Source: the human T2T-CHM13v2.0 reference genome, Homo sapiens
NCBI RefSeq assembly: GCF_009914755.1
Contig: NC_060928.1
Length of the DNA stretch: 64,000 nt
Direction: 5' to 3' (one strand)
This document shows, one piece after another, positions 57,451-64,000 of the stretch (its first letter is position 1; each line of letters begins with the position of its first letter). The position numbers and the translations under genes were made by a program. Under the pieces are notes generated by a model. The model saw only the letters and a list, made by a program, of their open reading frames with translations. It made no database searches and had not been told where the DNA came from.

Positions 57451-59104
57451 CAATATATTGTTTCCATAAAGACAATTTAGGGAAAACTCTTTTATCCTCA
57501 TGGGTTTAACATCCCTGATTTTAAATACCATGTTAAAAGAGGGAGAGTTCTTTTAATTAGCTAATTCAAAATATTCAGAAAATAGTATGGAGAGTTTTTG
57601 AAAGGTAACTGCTTTACACATGTTTGCGGGTTCTTCGTTAAATATTCAGCTCTTCAAAGATAAATACATGGTCAACAGGAATTAGTTAACGGTTCTCTTG
57701 TATTTACAATGGAAATTTCTTATTTAAGAGTTTTTTATTTTCCTTCAAGATAATAATTGATTATAAAATTCTTAAGATACCTTATCAAAATCAACCCCCC
57801 TTTAAAAAAGACCAAATCTTTTACATATTCTTTTATATTAGACTTTTTAAAAATAAATTAACTGAAAAACGTGAACACTAGAGAAAGGGCAGTATTATTG
57901 CAAATTATTGATGTACAAATGGAAATTATGAGTACTTCAATTAATCTGAACTTAGAACTTTATTAACAAAGAGGTTGGCAGGCATTAAAGTATCAATAGT
58001 AGGCATGCTAAGTCAAGTCGAAACTTAAACAAAAACTCATAGTGCAGGTTTATGGAAGGAATAAAAATGCTCCTGTGCCTGTCAGATTATATCACTCTTA
58101 TTTCATTGGCTCACCCTCTCCACCTGTGTCAGAGAATGGCTTGGAGCCCAAAAGCATGTCTCACTTGATTTCTCACATAGAGCTCTCATTTCTTCCAAGA
58201 CAGCCCTCTTACTGCTTGCTGTGCAGTGGCTAAGGGCTGCTGGAGCGTGGTACCTCAGTACTGCTTCTGATACCTCCATGGGAGTGGTCACACTCATTCT
58301 CCTAATTCTGCTGCAAAGTGTCACAATGTTACTGTATTCCCTTTTATCCTCACAGTGTGGAGAACCATGCTGTGTTCCATGGTGAAGTGGGGAAACACTG
58401 CTTTTTCCCATTTCATGCCACATTTTTCCACTTGGGCTCCACCTGGGTATAACCAACGTCTCACAAAATGCTTCGTGGATTTCCAAAGTCCCTTCAATCT
58501 CTGCCTGCATAATTCTCCTCAGAGAGTTTATACTTAATCCATGAGGATGGCATAGAATAATTAAATCAGGCTGTTACTCCATCACCAGCTAATGAGACAT
58601 GCCCAGACATACCTGAACTTCAGATTAGGCTCAGCTAGGACTCCAGGCGTATGATACAATAAAATACGGTAGCATTAATTTTTTTTTTTGTGAAATGTTA
58701 ACCGTGAATTATATTTGGTGCCATTATGATTACATATAACATTGTATATAATATTACCTATTATTATTGATACAGTTTTCCATTATATAGGCAGGCTGGG
58801 AGACAGTCACAGCCCAGCCCTGGGCGCTTGCTGCCGCCTTGCCTGCAGAGCCACTAACCCAGAGGGCTTCACACAGTGAGGAGGGTGCCTTATTTGGCAG
58901 TATCTAACTCTGAGGCGCTGCATCCCCCGTTAGCACTTTCTTTTTTTTTTTTTATTATACTTTAAGTTTTATTTTTCAGGGTTTCCAAGACAGGAAGGTC
59001 AAATTCTAGAATATCTAGTTTAAAACAATGTGAATAATAATCCCACATCATCCCCTAATATTATGGAGTTTTCCTTTGAAAAAACATTTTAGAAGTGTTT
59101 TGGA

Positions 59105-59300
59105 GAAACAGCATAGCATGTAGATGAATCAGAATTCAAATCCTAGCACTGTCTGAAATTAGCATCCTGTTTTAAGACTTGTTTTCCTTATCTGGAAAAT
59201 GAGGATAATATAATCTAACTGTTGGATTATTTGAGGAAATAATGAGTATATGTGTGTAAAGCATCCAGCACATTAGATAGGAAGTAACAGGCTTTTGATA
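59105..59300 (+). mobile_element. MIR SINE
   Basis: ttcaaatcctagc...tttccttatctggaaaatgaggataata...gtaaagcatccagcaca. Confidence 0.7.
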
Positions 59301-59574
59301 CAAAGAAGCTCATGTTGTTTTGCAACCTGGGAACCTACTTAGGGGCCTGAGAGACATAGTTCCTTTCTTGATTATGCAAAATGGCAATTTCTACGTTTCA
59401 TGATATTATGTGGAAATGTTAAGTTGGTATTATTTTAATTCTTATTTATTATTGCTTTTAGAGGAAATCATGGAAGACAAGAAATATGAACTAGTTTAAG
59501 ATGTCTCTTCCATGGAAACACTTCAAAAGTAGAAAACGCTGTACTTTCCTACATTTAGAAAAACACGAGGCATT

Positions 59575-60000
59575 AGAATTCATTTGACAAACATTTATTG
59601 AACACTAATTAGGGAAGATTCACAGTGCTGGGTGCTGGGGACAGAGATGAGGAATCACACATAATCCCTGCCCTTGTGGAAGGGAGGCAAACAATAACAA
59701 ATGCAATAATGCACATAGGAGACTGAGATACAAGCATCTGGGTCAAAGAAAATAATTTTAATTCAGGAGATACAGGAGGCCTCTCTAAGGAAGTGACATT
59801 TACACTGAGACCTGAAGAATGAGAAAGCTAGCAAGATAAAGACTGTGGGTGCTAGGCTGGGGGAAGAGCCAATGCAAAATACCAGGAGGACAGCTTGGCA
59901 TGTTTGCACAGTCAGGCTTAGAGTACAAGAAGAAAGTGCTACAAATGAGTCTGGAGAAGCATGAAGCAGGCTGACCTATCCAGGCCTGTACTTAGTACCA
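59575..60000 (-). mobile_element. L2 3' end
   Basis: attcatttgacaaacatttattgaacac...gtgctgggtgctggggacag...gaagtgacatttacactgagacctgaag. Confidence 0.75.
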
Positions 60001-62424
60001 GGAGAAAAAGTTGTTTCTTTTCTTTACAATCGTGTCATTGAGAAGGCCAGCTTACATAACAAGGGCTCCGAAGCAGGGAATTCTTCTTGTATTCACTATT
60101 TAACAAATCATATATCATCCCCGTTACTACCAGCTGATATTCTCTTCCAAAGACCATGCTGTGTCCATCACTCCATCAGACTGCTTGATTTTCCAAAATA
60201 CCAGTCAGCCGTAGTTTATTCTAGCTATAGTCAACCTTTACAAGGCGCACCTTTGCTTGGAAAAACAATAAATACTATATTTTGAGAAAGAAGAGGCCAT
60301 ATGATTATCATTGCTAACCTTTCCTGGACCTATTTTGACTTCTTTGTCTTGTGTGCAAATCAGGGACTCCATCTGCTGGACTTTTCTTCTTCTAGCTGCC
60401 AATTCCCAGGATTTTTAAAATGTTTATTGTCAAACCTACATAATGGCTATGATCTGATCACTCCAGCTTTTCCATTTGAAGCACAAATAAATTTTTATGT
60501 GTTTGCTTGTCATTACAATGAAGATGAAGAGGAGATAGGGGAAAAACCTCCAAAACCTTAAATGTTTTTCGTTTTGGGGATCTCTAGTTTGCAGTCTGTT
60601 TTGACTGAGGTGCTGAGGTGGTTCAGTGAACTGTGTCCTTAGATTTTACTACCGAGGGTGAGTTCACCATTCTCCCTTCTTGCCCCAGTAAATCCCCATA
60701 ATCTGCTGTTTTGCAATAGTACCGGGACCTATTGAGGCCTTGACTAGGGAACGAAAGGCAATGTATTCTAGTCCAGCTCTGCCTCAAAGTGCCAGTTTAA
60801 AGTGGTCTATGTGTCAACATTTTGAGACTATTTCCTCATTTGGAAATTAGCATTGAAATCTCTACTTTATATGCATCACAGAATTTAGGTAGAGAATAAA
60901 CGAGAGCACATCTCTCTCTCTCTCCTCTCTCTAGCATTTTTCTATCTATTCATGTTTTAAAACCACATTAGGAGGATTTAAATAGGAGTTCTGAAGCACA
61001 TCATATTTTCCAAATGAAGAAGAAACAAAAATAAATTTAAGAATTCAAATATTCAGATTCAAATATTATAATCGAATAGTATAATCAAAATATTCAGATA
61101 ATAAATGATCAGATTTATGATTAGTTTTGTCTGGTGGATATAAAATAATTAATATATATGCCATGGTTATCTTTTATGCTATTAAAATTTGGGAGGATAA
61201 CAGGACTTATAATGAAAATAGAATATTATTAAGAAAATAAAGCTTCACTAGTAATTACATTTAAAAAATAAATCTAGGCCTTTTAAACCATAATAAAAAT
61301 CATTGAAAAGATCTCAGTTCTCATCACATTATCTGCAAGTAACAAATTTAGGGCAGAAATTATACTTTTCCTTTTATAATACTAGAAAGTGATTTCTGGC
61401 TAACGTAATTTTAGTTCTATCACATTTGGGACTGTTCTTCCTTCAGTAAATTTTCTCATGATGAAACTTGCTAATCTTATCAGACGTTTTTGTTGAATAT
61501 AAAACAACTACTGTTATGATTAGGAAAGTTATTAATGCCTTATATTACCTGCCTAAGGGCTAGAAAATTGAAAATAAGTTGTTTACTTTTATATCCTGTT
61601 ATCAAAGGGGTTTGAATGACATGCTATTAATTGTATGAAATAGAAAATGTCTAATGCAATCAATTGTAAGCAGCTTTTCTTACAATAGGATTCTATTCCA
61701 TCTATTTCAGATTACAAAATTACTCAAAAATTGTTATACGAAGACATTTTATAGGGTTGTGAAGTGTTCAAAACCAAAAATTGTGTAAAACTGGAATCTG
61801 ATAGTAGGATAAAAGGGGAAAGTGAGGAAATTGAGTGAAAATCACTCAAATTTAAACACTGCAATGAGATCTCCTCAGCAGATGACTTGGGCAGACACAA
61901 CATTGGATAAATCATTGGGGCACTGGAAATAGTGTATTAGAATCTTTTAGAACAATTATGCCCTCACCGTGATTATCTTTCTTTCTCTCAAGAATTAAAG
62001 CCAGGGATCTTGGCTTAATCTGATCCTTTCTATTGATCTTAGGGAAGTAGGGAAATAAAAAACAGCTTTACCTCTTTAATAGCTAAACGTTAGAGAACCT
62101 ACTACATTAAAGGTGTGGACATCAGAAAGGCGAGTGTCGATGGACTAGAGAGTATGGACCAGTGCAGCATAGAATGACCTGTCAGTCCTTAAAATGCTAT
62201 GCAATTTGAGGCCTACATGCCTGGCCAGGGATAGCTTTTTTCTACCTAGCACTTCCCTACTCTTCTTTCATGAGCCACCTCAAATATCATTTCTTCTATG
62301 AGACATTTCCATACAATGTCCATCATCTCCTCGAAGAATATACACTTCTTATACTCTGGTGTTGTTCTGTGTAATTCAATAGTACTACTCACATTATAAT
62401 ATCATCAGCTCATGTTATTCCACA

Positions 62425-62630
62425 GGGCAACTTCCCCCATCCCACCCCTTCCCCCACCCCCAGCAAACACTGGCCAGTGTCTGGGGATAGTTTTGGTTGT
62501 CGCATCTAAGAAGAGGGCTGTTTGCTACCAGCATCTAATGAGTAGAGGCAAGGATACTGCTAAACATCGTACACAGGACAGCCCTCCACAACAAGTAATT
62601 ATCCTGCTCAAAAAAGTCCGTTGAGAAACA
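62425..62630. mobile_element. MER20 (hAT-Charlie)
   Basis: ttttggttgtc...gcatctaatgagtagaggcaaggatactgctaaacatc...caggacagccctccacaacaa...gttgagaaac. Confidence 0.85.
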
Positions 62631-63527
62631 GTAAAATCACTATTTCTGAAAAATATATATATTTATTTACCATTATATTGTATTTTTTATTCAAGATGTT
62701 AACTTTTAACTTCTCTTAAATTTTCTGATATATTGGCTTTAAGAGGATTTATTTTTCCAAAATGAAAAAACAAAACATAATGGTATACAGCATAATTATA
62801 AATATGTAAAATATACTGAGGAGTTAGAAAACAGAAATAATTCCTCAGAAAAGCAGCCCATTTAAAAACGCTCACTAAATTTTAGGACCAAAGTAAGAAC
62901 CATTTTTGTGACTCTTCCCTGCAAGCAACCCCTTGGCTCAGTGAATGTCACAATTGTCCATTCATTCTGTTCCTCCAGCTAGAAGCCACCCCAGAAGTTG
63001 CTCCAGCTTAGAAGCGCTCTCCTCTCACCTCCCCATTTCTAGTTTATTACCAAATCTGCAAATTTCATCTGCACTCCCCCAATCCTGGACCCACCTGCAT
63101 ACACTGATTGCAATTTTCCCTGCCTTGTAGTGGATTTTAAGATAAAGTCTGAATTCTTTCTAGGCATTTCAACTTCTTCCCTGGCTCCTGCAACAGCCTC
63201 CTGGCACTCCACGCCTCTGCCCTGGCTTTCTGCCCTCCACCACACCGGCCTCCACCAGCTACCTCCCGCTGTTAGTGTCTTCGTACACACAATTGCTTCT
63301 CTCTGCACAGTGTTTCCTTTCTCCTTTTTCCTGGTTAAATCACACTCCATCTATCTCTGTTCAAATATTTCTTCTTCAAAGATACTTCCCATGATCACAG
63401 ACTGGGTCAGTATCTCCCCCTAATCTTTCACAACCCCTTTCTTTATAGCATTTCTTACTGTGATTATGTATTAATTTGTGTGGTTACATTATATTTACAT
63501 TTGCTCACCAATAATTCCCAAGAATTC

Positions 63528-63870
<343 letters not shown>

Positions 63871-64000
63871 AATTCCCAGGAATTCTAAAGGGCTTGGCAC
63901 CTCTTAGGAATTTAATAAACACTTTTTGTATGAATAAATAAAGGAAAGAAGGAATTTGTGAATCTGAGGTCACTTTTGCAGATATCAGTTGGCATCCAGT

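Noticed and set aside
61043-61115. Degenerate ATTCAAAT/ATTCAGAT short repeats
   Set aside because: Low-complexity slippage products with no regular period or spacers.

Overview
This is primate (human or great ape) genomic DNA, not prokaryotic. It contains the promoter and first three coding exons of GABRB1 (GABA-A receptor beta-1 subunit) on the + strand: CDS 3049-3128, 3311-3402 and 3819-3886, all with GT-AG introns. Together they encode [80 protein letters not shown]. The remaining ~60 kb is the 5' part of the very long intron 3. It is AT-rich and filled with Alu, L1, L2, MIR, CR1/L3, MaLR/ERVL LTR and DNA-transposon remnants, including a near full-length Tigger1. Nearly all other ORFs in the track are repeat-derived or chance. 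I see no evidence of a new multi-gene system. The most notable structure is one L1PA insertion (50326-51721) that combines a 5' inversion, a large internal deletion and a ~276-bp 3' transduction between perfect 14-bp TSDs. Other points of interest are candidate recursive splice sites, a nested Alu-in-L1-in-Tigger1, a still-readable CR1 RT fossil and several exact micro-duplications or palindromes. Repeat subfamily names and the boundaries of old repeats were assigned by eye and are approximate.
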